From Podarcis cretensis (Eukaryota), in contig OX638162.1 in the NCBI GenBank assembly GCA_951804945.1, positions 35,340,001-35,404,000 of the forward strand: a stretch of DNA of 64,000 bases. Reading direction: 5' to 3'. A program made the position numbers and the translations under genes. This document shows positions 49,461 to 61,488 of this stretch, one piece after another; positions within the stretch are counted from its first letter, which is position 1; every line of letters starts with the position of its first letter. The notes beneath the pieces were generated by a model, which worked only from the letters and a program-made list of their open reading frames with translations, had not been told where the DNA came from and searched no databases.

Positions 49461-51654
49461 CTGAAGATCTCACAACCCTTCAAAATTGCAGGAACATCAG
49501 TTTTTCAAACTGGAATAGCCCCAAGCTCAGCAGCATATGACATATATTGGGCTCAGATTCTGTAGTGAGCTGGGAGTTGTGTGCAAGTCCTTGGACAGCC
49601 ACTGGCATCAGAGTATACAGGACCACTGGTATGACTCAATGACAGCTGTTATGCAGTCCGCCAAAGTGTGTGTTCATGGTATCAACCAACATATCTAGAA
49701 TTTATCTCACTACTCTGAGAAGGAAGCAACATGCATTCTGAGTAGTGTAAAACAAAATAAATACACCAGACGAACTGATAGTTGATGCAGAGCTTTTTAC
49801 AACTGCAAAACAGAAAGATCTTCAAAAACGTACTAGAGGCCTCTATCAATTAACCAGAGTGTGCTTCAGCAGTGCAGAAACATCCTTCCAGCAAAGCCTA
49901 AGGCTACAAGAAAGTTTCTTTTTCTGGGAATGGGAGGGGAAAAGATGGCTCTGATAGGCAGGCCATATATAGCATGGAATGGCACACTAATGCAAAATTT
50001 ATATTGAACAGCAAGTATTTAAAAGTTTATCAGCAGAAACCAAATATTAGTAAATGTCTCATTTAAGAACACATTCCATAAATCATTACTGTATTACTTT
50101 TCACTGGTGGAGTATCTCACCGTGATAAGTAGACATAAATGGCAATATGGGAACTGAAACACAGCCATCCTTTGAAATGTTAACTTCTCCAAATTTTGCA
50201 ATAGTGTATTCCAGCCAAGTAAGGTATACAAAAATGCATATAATGGAGCATAAATGCATATAACGGTGTATAAAATGCATATGTTAGTGAAAATGACACA
50301 TACAGAATGCATTCTTTTTGTGAAAATTGCAGAAATGGGCATATTAGCAAAATTGCATATAGAATGTGTGTCTCAGGAGAAATTCGCAGTAAAAAGCTGA
50401 TGATTTTTTAAAATGAGGACTTCTTTTAAAAAATGCAAACATATGTGGAAATGTGGAGAACTGAAGATTGAAAATAGTGAGAAACTGAGGGAAACTGAAA
50501 TTGGTTTATTCATCCTTCCCTTGTCATTCACACAATTAGAAATTTCAAGAATCACTTTTTAAAAGTAAATTTCAAGTGTGGGGCCTGATCCGGATCAGGA
50601 CCATAGCATCTGGGAACAGTTGGCTTTAACCCTTTGCCCTCTCCTGTGGTCTCATTAAAGATCAGGAAGGACTGTGCCTTCTATCTGCATTGAGGAGGGG
50701 GAGAAGCTCCTACACTAAAATATTGATTTCTTACAAATGCAGAATGGGTATTATGTGGCGCCTGTAACAGTGCCAGTTCCACAGATTGAAATGTTCAAGT
50801 GGGCATATATGGGATAATGTGAGCTTGCAAGTAAACTGGTCCCGAATTGTTTGTATATTAACATAACAAGTTGCAAATCAGCAACCACTGGAGATTAGCA
50901 GAGCTGTTATATGCTGACATGATCAATTGTGCTGCAACGTTCCTCACTAACTGCAACTTCTAGATCAAGTGCAAGGCAAGCCCCATATTTAGATTTCTGT
51001 TGAAAGCTTGTTGAGGATATATAGTGGAATGGGAAGCATTTTAAATAAATATAGGTGTGCTTAACTCTGCAGGTAATATCCATTCATGTGCAGTGTTCTG
51101 CCATAAACTTTCCAAAGCTGTTGATGAATATATTAAAAGAAAAACATTTTGGTTTTGTTTTTTAAAAATCCATAGCCTCAAAACAACATCAACCCATCAT
51201 TGTGTAGAAATCACCAACAGTGTGGAACTGCAGTGTCATCCAGTGGTCTAACAGATTAACACACATTATTTCTTCAGATGCCTCTTGAGGCAGATAATAT
51301 CGAAAGTTTGGAGTGTACATTTTGAAACAATACATTTGGAATGAATTAACAGAGAAACCCAACCCCAGGTCTGCAAATGAGAAAGAGAGAAATATCCACA
51401 TTTCATAAAAGACTGTTAAGTTAAAAACACAAAAAGAATGTGCAATTGTAGGCAGCAGGAAGGCGAAACAGCTAAACAAGAGCCAGGATTTCTTTTTAAA
51501 AATTACTTAAACACATCCAGCTTCCTTGTAGTGCAGCAGGCAGCAGAATTTCCCACCTTTACAGCTGACCTCCACGGCGCAACACAAACTTCTTCCAGCC
51601 ACTAGCCTGTTGAAGCATTCCAGTGAACTGGAAATCTGAGTCATGTCTTTGTAA

Positions 51655-51835
51655 GGATCATAGCTCAATAGCAGAACATCAACTTTACATGCAGAAGGTC
51701 TCAGGTTCAATCCCCAGCATCTCTACATTGAGCTAAGAATGTATCCTGTCTGAAACCCTGGGGAACTACTGCCAGTCAATGTGTAGACAATACTGTACTA
51801 AATGGAGAATTGGTTTGACATGGTGTAAGGGAGGT
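51655..51835 (+). mobile_element. tRNA-derived SINE (second family)
   Basis: catagctcaatagcaga...ggttcaatccc head plus the shared body. Confidence 0.8.
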
Positions 51836-54800
51836 CCCTCAGTAATTTTTTAGTTGGCCCTAATATAGGTCTTACTTTTGGAATTTTTCCCCAATGGACC
51901 ATCAAAGCTACCTGGAATTTTAGTTCAAAGGATGTTTACTTGGAGGCAACTCCCATTCCTTTTTTATTTTTTTTAAGGAGACTATATATGCCTTGGGCTC
52001 TAGCCTTCTGATAGGTTTTCCCTCTGTCTTAAAACATGCAAGATAGAATGGTAAGGTCTGTCTTCCTTATGGGTTTTTAACATTTTACTCTACAGGAAAA
52101 AATAAGCAGATCACAAAACCCAGCAGACTTCAAATACTCTCAGTCACCTCTCTAATTCTATAAATAACCTCTGCACAGTAATGTGTGGCAAGGTCATTTT
52201 CTTTGAGCAATTTGTGATCAGTTACCATAGCAATAGGAATATACAGCAATGACGTTGGGGAGGGACATAGTGAAAATAAAGGATGCCTCTTTTCACCAGT
52301 ATTTGCCTCAGTTCCTCAGAGTATTTTCACCAAAAAGTTTAGTTACAGGGATCTATGCTAGGTCTTCCACAGTGAAGGCAGATGTAAATAATTCATTCAG
52401 GCTCTCTGTACTCTCACTTTCTTCCAGTGGCACACTTTTGACTCCCTTGTTGTCCAAAGGTCCCACCATCTCACTAGCCAGTCTCCTGTTCCTAATGTAT
52501 TTATTCTTGGTCTTAATGTTTTTAGTGATGTGCTCCTTGATTTTTCACCCTTTGTGCAGCCATTATTCTGTGCTTGCAGAATGGGGTTATGGAGAAAATA
52601 TTGTACACAGTTAGATTTTCAACAGCAGTTAAGCACTGAAAATCCTATTAGATTCAAATAAACTGATACCATGCTTTCTTTGGAACTTCTAAAACCCCAG
52701 CTAACATAGCATGGTCCCATTTCTTCCTTTCTTTTTTACACTGCTTGGCTGCTTGTGTGAAAGTATATTAAATTCAGAAAATTGTTCATAACATCTACCA
52801 CAGCTGTGATATTAGATTTCCACATTTTTCACATCCAAGCACATTATAACATCAGCTACTACGCTTGACCTAATATCTATGGATTTAATCATGTAAAGCG
52901 TTTCCACTGATGACAACTTTCGTCCCTCTGACCAAACAGGGAGCAAATTATTCAGCAGAAAAAGGTCATTCATCCAGCAAATAAAAAACTCCTTCCACAA
53001 ACTGAATAAGAGCAAAGATAGCCATATATAAGTTAGGTATATACAGTATGCACAAACCCTAACTAGCAAAAGGAAAAGTTTGAAATCAGAATTATCAGTC
53101 CAGACATCTGGGAGTATCAAACAGCCTATGACTTTTTTGGAGGCAAATACAATGAATTAGAACAGAAATGATTGGCTGAACACTGAGACTTATTTCTGTG
53201 CTAATAAAGTTTAATGTGATTGAGGAGAATATCCTCCACAATATAAAATCCTGTATGAGAATTACATTAATAACAGCAAGAATTATATGAGGTCATAGGT
53301 GTCAAAATCCACAGGCCCCATCTACATGAGAAGTGGCTATTGAAATGTCTAGAGACAGTAGAAATAGATGAGTTGGCTTTGTTCACAGGAGGAATAACAA
53401 CTTTCACACTGCTAAATTTGTAGCGAGGTGGAGTTGTTTCCTCGATCACTGGAATGTGAATTGTAAAAATGTAAGGATTTTTGAAAAACTTTGGTAAACA
53501 ATGGATTATTTTGTTTGATTTTCTGAATAATAATGAAATAAACTAGAACCTCTGAGCTAGATTTAGTTTACAGAGCTACATATCATAAGTTGATATACAC
53601 TTTTATTAATTTAGTCAATGTTAAGCTGATGACTGCACCTTTGTTTGATATTATGACGCACAGTGACATCAGCTGCAATATCAGTACCTGGCATGACTGG
53701 AAATCTTCCAGGGGCCCAGTACCAGGGCAGAGCCCACCACTGAAACTGCCGCCCCGCCCCCCATCCCCTGCACACACAGTCCTTCACTCACTGCTGCACT
53801 GGGTATCCAGGTCTATCTGCCATTTAAATTCCTCACTATGTCCTTGACAAATGCTATGCTGGGTTGTAGGGAATTTAAAATCAGACCTGGAAGAAGCAGC
53901 CCAGCCACCAAAAGATAAAGTCCTCTTGAACCCATTGATGGATGGAAGTGTTGCTAGAGCACACTTTGTCCACAGTTCCCTAAAACCTGGAGCTGGCCTT
54001 TAATGGCATAAGGGGTGAAATGATGGCTCTGTGGCAACTTTTTAAAAGATGAGTTGGACCTTCAATAAAGTGTTGTATATAAAATTGTCCCTTTTCAAGT
54101 ATCTGGATGTCATGCCCTTTCTCTGGATATTATATTGCATTCCCTAACCTCATTTGTCGATTTCCATCCCTCAGGTCAGACAGCATTTCAAGACCACTAA
54201 GCATGCTAAGTCTTCAGGCAACTTTGATTTTGGTCCCTCCCCTGTTTAGAGTTTCTTCCCCTGTAACACACACACACATACATACATACATACATGCATG
54301 CATACATAAATACATACATATACACCTTAATCTACAATTCTCTCAAGCCTGCTTACGGTTTCCTTCTGTACAATAATGGGGAACCTTTAGCTCTCCAGAG
54401 GTTGCTGAACTGCAACTCGCATCAGCAGTCAGGGCTGATGGGAGTTGTAGTAATTTGTTTTAATTGTTTTTAATTCTGAATTTTAAATTGTTGTAACTTG
54501 CCCTGGGACCCGCTTGTGAGAAGCAGGTAATTAATTTGATGATTACATACCCTCCAACATGCCACAGTCCAAAACTGGGATGAATGTCTTCCAGGCCATG
54601 CTCCTGGTTGAGTCATATTACCTATGCAAGAGTATGGAGCCCCAAAATGTGTGGTTTTGGTGCTGCAAAAACATGCATTTTGGGGCTCTGTGATGTTGTG
54701 CAAGAGCATGGAGGCCAAAAATGGGATGTTCTAATTTAATCGGGACAGTTGAGGGGTATGTGATGATAATGATGATGATACACAAAATGTACCAATGCCT

Positions 54801-54964
54801 AAGTGCAGCTTCCGTATCTTAAGATAGTATACTTGGTGACAGTCTGGTGGACTCAATGATTCTAATCCATAACAGGCAGATCTGGGATTCTCTGTGTGCC
54901 TAACAGGTCTCACACATACCAGCATTTATAAAATAGTCATATCTTGCTTCTTGGCTTCCCATAA

Positions 54965-55260
54965 GCCACTGTGAGACCAGGATGCTGGACTAGATGGGCC
55001 ATTGGCCTGATCCAGGAGGCTCTTATGTTCTTATCCTTATCCTGCAGAATAATGGTCATTATGGTTATGTTCTACCTCTACTACTGGAGGCCGTATGCCT
55101 CTGAATGCTACTTGCTGGGAATCACAAATGTGGAGAGTGCTTTTGCACTCAGGTCCTGCTTGTGGGCTTCCCATAAGAACCTGGTTGGCCACTGTGAGAA
55201 CAGGCTGCTGAACTAGACATGCCTTTGGCCTGATCCAGCAGGACTTTTCTTATGTTCATA
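54965..55260 (+). mobile_element. Two tandem CR1 3'-UTR remnants
   Basis: The tail gccactgtgag...ggcctgatccag...cttatgttc occurs twice and matches the CR1 tails at ~49400 and ~63300. Confidence 0.7.
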
Positions 55261-55918
55261 ACACAAAACAAGAATGTATATTGAGGCTACCTAATAACAT
55301 ACTAAGGACCTTTCCAAGCAATCTGCATAGTTCAAGAACATTTCCACCGCATGCCATAGTATACCCATTTCCCACCTTGAACGTTGCCCAGCTTAATCTA
55401 AGTAGCAAAAAGAGGGTTTGCATTTATCCTTATGTTTGGGGAAAATCTTCCTAAAAGCCAAAGGGAAGCTGGAAGCATTTGCCAGCAGACAAGGACCCAG
55501 AATAAAAGTACATTGTGTTTTGGTTTCTTTCCCACACCATGAGCATTGATGCTGCTGGACTAGTGACTCGGCAAATGAAATAAATGGGAAAGGTACTTGA
55601 GGCACTCAGATGAAGAGCAAATTTCAATTGAGTTCTTGAAATTGCATCAAAATCATTACAAGGGTGGCTTAACACCCACTGTAACACAGTTGGGCTTTTG
55701 AAAGCTTTAATTGCATTAGGCTGAAAAGGGGACAGTTTGGGATGTTAAACAGAAGAGAGAGAGAGAGAGAAACCTGAGATTTACATATGAGTGTCAACCA
55801 TGAGCAAGGAAGGGCACACAATTTTCTATTAGTGACAAGTGCAAGTCAGAAAGATGCACTGTGGAAGTGTCTGTGAATTTTAGAGTTAAGTGAGCACAAC
55901 TTATTTAAAAAATATCAA

Positions 55919-56785
55919 AATGACCGCTCCCCGCATAAAACGGGGGGGGGGGACCTTTGCGTGGACGCGCGCAGCCCCTGGATCCGGAGCGGCTCCATTC
56001 AGCATAGGCTTGGCTTTGCCTTCCCTCAGGTGGGATACCTGGAGGTCTCCGCCTACCCCAGTCAGTTGTCCAATCCCACCTGGGGGAAGTGTTGCCAAGG
56101 AGATCAGGCCAGGTGGGGGAGGGATTACCTGCCCACACAATAGAGGGAGGATCTTACCTGGGAATCCTCACTTGGCTCCAGAGCTTCTCCCACCCTACCC
56201 ACCCACAGTTAATGCCTTGTTTTGCAGGTTAACTTTTCTTCACAGGTTTTGCAGGTTAACTTTTCTTACAGGTATGCAGGCGCTGCTACGTTAAGGTCGC
56301 TGTCAAAAGGCCGGAAAGGAATTTCCCTGCATTAGCAGGTTTCGCCTTTCCCGTAGCAAAACGTCACAACTTTGGCGGTATCAGGCCTTGGGCGGAATCC
56401 TTTAGTCCATCTTCCTCTTTGCAGCGGCGATACCAGGGTTCCCCATTAAAGGGGTTTCTGAAGGGAGGCTTTGACCGTACGCCGAAAGGTCGTCATTGCT
56501 CTCCCCTGCGGCAGCGGCGTAACAGGGGTGGCTATCTCTGCTTGAACATATGTTCTCCAGAGCCAGCCCATCCCACACACAAACATTGGATAACCCTGAT
56601 GCTCCCTAGGTCCCCGGCTGGGGACTGGGGAGGGAGAACGCCCAATGCCTGAGCCAAGGTCTACCCACATTTGAAATTTAATGAAGTTGTGGCCAATTTA
56701 ATCCCATAGCACGTTGTCTTGAGTCGTTATTCCACATGACGGGGGGGGGGCGCTCGGGACCTGGGGACTCTGCCTGTCCACGCAA
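55919..56785 (+). mobile_element. Non-coding element of the 'GTCACAACTT/AATAAAGTTGTGGC' family, copy C
   Basis: Subterminal ttgcgtggac (55957-66) is the perfect complement of terminal gtccacgcaa (56776-85). Homologous to copy A. Confidence 0.82.
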
Positions 56786-56886
56786 TGAAATCTCTCGCAT
56801 GATTATAGATGAACATCAACACAAGTTTAAGGAAATAAAAAAATTCCTTCCAGTAGCACCTTAAAGACCAACTAAGTTAGTTCTTG

Positions 56887-56924
56887 GTATGAGCTTTCGT
56901 GTGCATGCACACTTCTTCAGATAC
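56887..56924 (-). ncRNA. Mirror hammerhead ribozyme motif
   Basis: Exact reverse complement of 57015-57052. Confidence 0.8.
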
Positions 56925-57014
56925 ACTGAAACAGAAGTCACCAGACCCTTCTATATAGTGAGAAGGTCCCCACCTTCTCACTATATAGAAGGGTCTGGTG
57001 ACTTCTGTTTCAGT

Positions 57015-57052
57015 GTATCTGAAGAAGTGTGCATGCACACGAAAGCTCATAC
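57015..57052 (+). ncRNA. Minimal type I hammerhead ribozyme motif
   Basis: Stem I gtat/atac, core CTGAAGA (57019-25), palindromic stem II gtgtgcatgcacac, GAAA (57041-44), minimal palindromic stem III (AGCT), predicted cleavage after C57048. Confidence 0.8.
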
Positions 57053-58079
57053 CAAGAACTAACTTAGTTGGTCTTTAAGGTGCTACTGGAAGGAATTTTT
57101 TTATTTTGTTTTGACTATGGCAGACCAGCACGGCTACCTATCTGTAACAAGTTTAAGGGTTTAGTATTATATTATCCAGTCTTGATGGTTGTGGATGAAT
57201 ACACAAATGAAACTCAGTTGTAGGTCCCATGTTTGAACACTGGCATATCCAAGTTGGGCTGGAGAAACCTCCCCTACCTGAAACCATGAAGAGCGTTGTT
57301 CTTAGGAGGCTATTTGTGAGATCACAAAGAAGGCATGGTTGCTAGATAATATGACCCACCTCCTATTGGAGTGCTTGCCAGTGCCATGATAGATGGAATA
57401 ATGCAAATAGTTGTGAGAAGAAAGATGGGGATTGTGTGATGCCACAAGTGCACCAAAATAAATAAATAATTCTGCTCCCCCCCCCCCTTTCAGTTGCTCT
57501 TTGGAAGGTTCCCCCAAATGAATGGGCTATATCTGAGTTGATGTTCTAGTGAGATGTAGAGCAGATTAAGACAACACCTGTCTTAAGACATAGGCTAGAG
57601 TTGGGAACATTACTTTAAAAGTTGAGATAATTTCAATCTGTTTTAGTGTTTTAACCTTTGTATGGTTGTGATCTTTTTCTTGATTTTCCTGTTTTGAGGG
57701 GAACTGCTTTACAAAAAAAAAAACAAAAAAAACCCTGCTTTGCAAAACTGCTTACATACACATGAACAAAACTTTCAGAACACTCAGAAAGCTAAAACCA
57801 TTTACCAAGGCTGAACACTACAGGAAGTGCTCCAGGCAGGCAAACTATATCTGCCCAAATGGAACATGGCCAAGAGAGAAGCACTAATTATTTCTGTAAA
57901 ACTCGTACTCACACTGAAAAGAGAGAGAGAAACCTGTACCAGGTTGACAGCATCCATTTATCCATTTATGGAATCCATTTATTCTTTGCAAAGTCTGGTA
58001 TCACCAGTGGTATTTGCCAATATACCTATTTTCAGAAATATATGCTCTAAGTGGAAATGTGCAGCTTGATGCAGACACC

Positions 58080-58737
58080 TGTGCTGACCCTGACTGCCAG
58101 GTGAAGGACTTGAACTCCCAGCTTGGTTTCTACCAAAAACTTCAATGCTTAAACCAAAGTAGTACAAGCAAGGCACAATTACAAGGTACAGCAGGTGTGC
58201 AAGAGGAACAGATAAATGGCCAGGTGCAAACTAAGCAATATGCCCCCTTGGACCTTCCTTTTCAGGGGCAGAATAGGCAAAGCACCAACATGGCAAATGG
58301 CTGGAGTCTTCAGATTTGACAAGCAGACAGGAGCCACTGCTGGTTGGTTCAGCTTGCAAGGTCTGTTTATGCCAGCCCAGTGCTGGCATCTCTGTGTCCT
58401 AGGAGATGGAGACAGAATTGGCACTAGTTCAACATCCAATTTACTCTCAACAGAGGGAGGAGCTGGGGCTGACTCCATGGCAGGAGGAATCTGATCAGGG
58501 ATGCCATTAGAAGAGAACACTCCTCTGCTAACCCACTTGGTCCATCCCTGGATCTAACTCTCCATCCTCCAAGCTGCTAGCTCCTCCTCTGGACTCTGGC
58601 ACTTCTTGGGGTCTCCAGCAACACTTTCCCCATCCTGCTAGGGCCCTCCCCATGGTCATCCAGCTCCAACTTCCAGAGCGCCTCCCATTCTCAGATCAGA
58701 CCACTTCCTCCATGACACCTCCATGGGAATCATGACA
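58080..58737 (-). mobile_element. Solo LTR (Gypsy-like, old)
   Basis: TG...CA ends (tgtgctg...catgaca); 5-bp TSD acacc/tcacc (4/5 match). Confidence 0.65.
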
Positions 58738-59314
58738 TCACCCAACTTCACTGAACCATCAACCTTTTGGTTTGTGGCTCCACACAATGCAACTGTGGTA
58801 TGCCCAAGGGAACCTCAAGATGGCAACCACCCTGTAAATGAGGGCTAGGCAATATTGTGACCTCCAGGTATCACAGAACTACAACTCCCATCAGTCCCAG
58901 CCAGCATAGCCAATGACCAGGGATGATGGGAACTGTAGCCCAATAGCATCTGGAAGACATCCTGGTTACCCCTGCTTTAAATGCATACAACTATGTGCAA
59001 AGATGGCGAAAGAACAAGCATCTTTATAAATTAGATATAGATTTTATATAGGTTATACCAGTATGGGTGCTGAAGAGGACAAAGAAATCAGATGTGGAGT
59101 GCCCTAATAAGGTCTGCCCCTCACTGCTCCATTCCAACTGCATTGGAGTTAATTCTTAGAAAGGTGCAGTGGAATGTAGGAGGCACTCTAAGGACTTAAC
59201 CAGGTAAAAGCTGCAGAAGAGGGGCTTGACAGATAGAATGAGAGACCTCCAGTTTCCCTTTACCTTTAACCTATTGAGCTGACCTCTCTGTCTCTTTTCT
59301 GTTTAAACTGATAC

Positions 59315-59415
59315 ATCTTAGGTTGCATCCTGTTTTAGTTGAGATTCCTGCATTGCAGGGGGTTGGACTAGATGATCCTTGGTGTCCCTTCCAACTCTAC
59401 AATTCTATGATTCTA
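59315..59415 (+). mobile_element. CR1 3' terminus
   Basis: ggttggactagatgatc...cccttccaact followed by the diagnostic (ATTCTATG)n tail. Confidence 0.9.
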
Positions 59416-60367
59416 TCTACTACTCAGGTTTATTATGAGACATTAGGATAAATATTGTGGATGAGAATATGGTGCTACTTGAAGTAGTTAGGTATTTCAA
59501 TCAAACAATTGTTCCACCCACCTTGTAGGTTGCAAATAAATAAAATTAATACAAGATTCTATTTTAGTGCTCACTGGAAACATTTCTGAACACTAAGTTA
59601 CTGATATACTGTATACCTCATTTAAATCCTCAGCCTGATATGAAAATTACCTCTATTTGTTCCATTTTTATATGTAATAGCCCATTCACTTAGGTAACAA
59701 TTAAAGTAGGTTTCGGATTGATTACAAGATTCCAAGTGTAGGCAAATAACCCCTTGCTTTCATTACTTCTTGATTGTTCAGCAGAATTCAACTCAATAAT
59801 ATGTGTAGAGGGCAAAAACTTTGTTCTCCATTTCCACAATGTAGCAGCTGCAGTTTCTGGCTCAGAATCATTGACATAGCAGCTTATTTCATCTATATAT
59901 ACTTTTTTTTTCAAAGTAAAGTTTTTATTCTCTAAAACCCAACCTTTCAAGAAACCAAACGGTAACGTATTTCCACTTTTATACTGCAAACTATCAATAT
60001 ATTTATCCATAAAAGTTTTTTTCTCCCTCAGTCTTGATTTCCCCCTAGTATTTCAAGCCAAATGCAGGATGTTGAAACAAAAAACTCAACGTTTCTATTT
60101 TAAGTGAGAAAAAGTGTTTTTCAAGATGCTTTTTCAAGCATTATCAAAGCACCACTGTACGGGGTGGGGGGACTTCTTTCTCAGAAAATCAAGGGAGATG
60201 AACAATGTAATGCTCAGAGAGGCTTTAGAAAAACCATTCAAAATTAAATAGAAAACAAACATTCCACGCTCAAAAGACGAAATTATCAATACATGGAGTT
60301 CCCCCAATACACTGTTCCTTTGTATATCCAGTTATACAGGAAATAGTACGAGGTCACTTCCTGCAGA

Positions 60368-60675
60368 AAGACCATAGCTCAGTTGTTAAGAGCATCTACT
60401 CGGCATGCAGAAGACCTCGTTTTTAACCCCCTGCATCTCCAAGTAGAGCTGGGAAAGCCCCCTGCCTGAAACCCTGTACAGACACTGCCAGTTAGTCTAT
60501 ACCAGATAGAGGAAACCTTTGGCCCTCCTGATGTTGATGAACCTCAAGTCCCATCAGCCCTAGTAAGCATAACCAATGGCCAGGAATGAAGAGAGCTGTA
60601 GTTCATCAAAATTAGGAGGATCAAAGGTGTTGATAACATTGAGACAGATGGACAAAGGGTCTGACTCAATGCAAT
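60368..60675 (+). mobile_element. tRNA-derived SINE split by a hAT MITE (~60503-60630)
   Basis: SINE head and body run to ~60502 and resume at ~60631 (..agatggacaaagggtctgactca). Confidence 0.75.
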
Positions 60676-60825
60676 AAAATGAGGCGTGCAGGGAAAAGGC
60701 ACTGATAAACCATTTTTTACTTCTTGAAAACAATTATGCAGTGCCCTTCAATTAAAAGTTCCCATGGTGGTCTTACAATACCTAATAAAAACAAAATAAA
60801 GAGGTCCTCCATTATATTCTTGTGG

Positions 60826-61488
60826 AGAAGTGGTAAAATGTGGGCTAAACAATATTACTGTGGGGTGGATGAGTGCAGACCAATGATTCCTTGTCATCCT
60901 GGGGAAAAAGTGGCAAGTTAGTGCCACAGGATTCTGTCCTGGGCCCCACTGTTGTTCAACAATGCACAAATACAAGATGGGAAGCAACTGGCTTGACGGA
61001 AGTACATGTGAAAAGGATCTGGGGGTCTTAGTAGACCATAAGGATAACACGGCAAGAGTATGATGCAGCAGGGGGCAGGAAGCCAATGCAATTCTAGGCT
61101 GCATCAACAGAAGTCAAGTGTCAAGGTGAAGAGAAGTAATAGTACCACTCTATTCTGCCTTAGTCAAACCTCCCTGGAGTAACTGTGTCCAGTTTTGGGC
61201 ACCAAGAAGGATATTGATAAGCTGAAATGTGTAAGACAGTAGGGCGACCGAAATGATCAAGGGTCTGGAAACCAGGCCATATGAGGAACGGTTGAAGGAG
61301 TTGGGTATGTTAAGCCTGGAAAAGAGAAGACTGAGAGGGGATATGATAACCATCTTCAAATATCTGAAGGGCTGTCACATGGAAGATTGAAAAAGCTTGT
61401 TTTCTGCTGCTCCAGAGGATAGGACCCTAACCAATGCCTTCAAGTTACAAGGAAGGAAATTTCAACAAAATGTTAGGAATAACTTTCT
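60826..61488 (+). mobile_element. CR1 LINE ORF2 fragments (internally deleted)
   Basis: Motifs [43 protein letters not shown]. Confidence 0.9.

Larger units (their letters stand above)
56833..57146 (+). mobile_element. Penelope-like element (PLE) remnant with an inverted pLTR pair
   Basis: Perfect 135-bp inverted arms (56833-56967, 56972-57106) plus a 40-bp tail; 12-bp TSD acaagtttaagg (56821-32, 57147-58); hammerhead motif typical of PLE pLTRs. Confidence 0.9.

Noticed and set aside
50756-50774. tggcgcctgtaacagtgcc resembling a tRNA-Lys primer-binding site
   Set aside because: Several mismatches, no LTR ending in CA immediately upstream and no gag-like sequence downstream.
56458-56493. CTGAAGG...GAAA hammerhead-like pattern in copy C
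   Set aside because: The core deviates from CUGANGA, stems I and III do not form, and the arm is missing in copy A.
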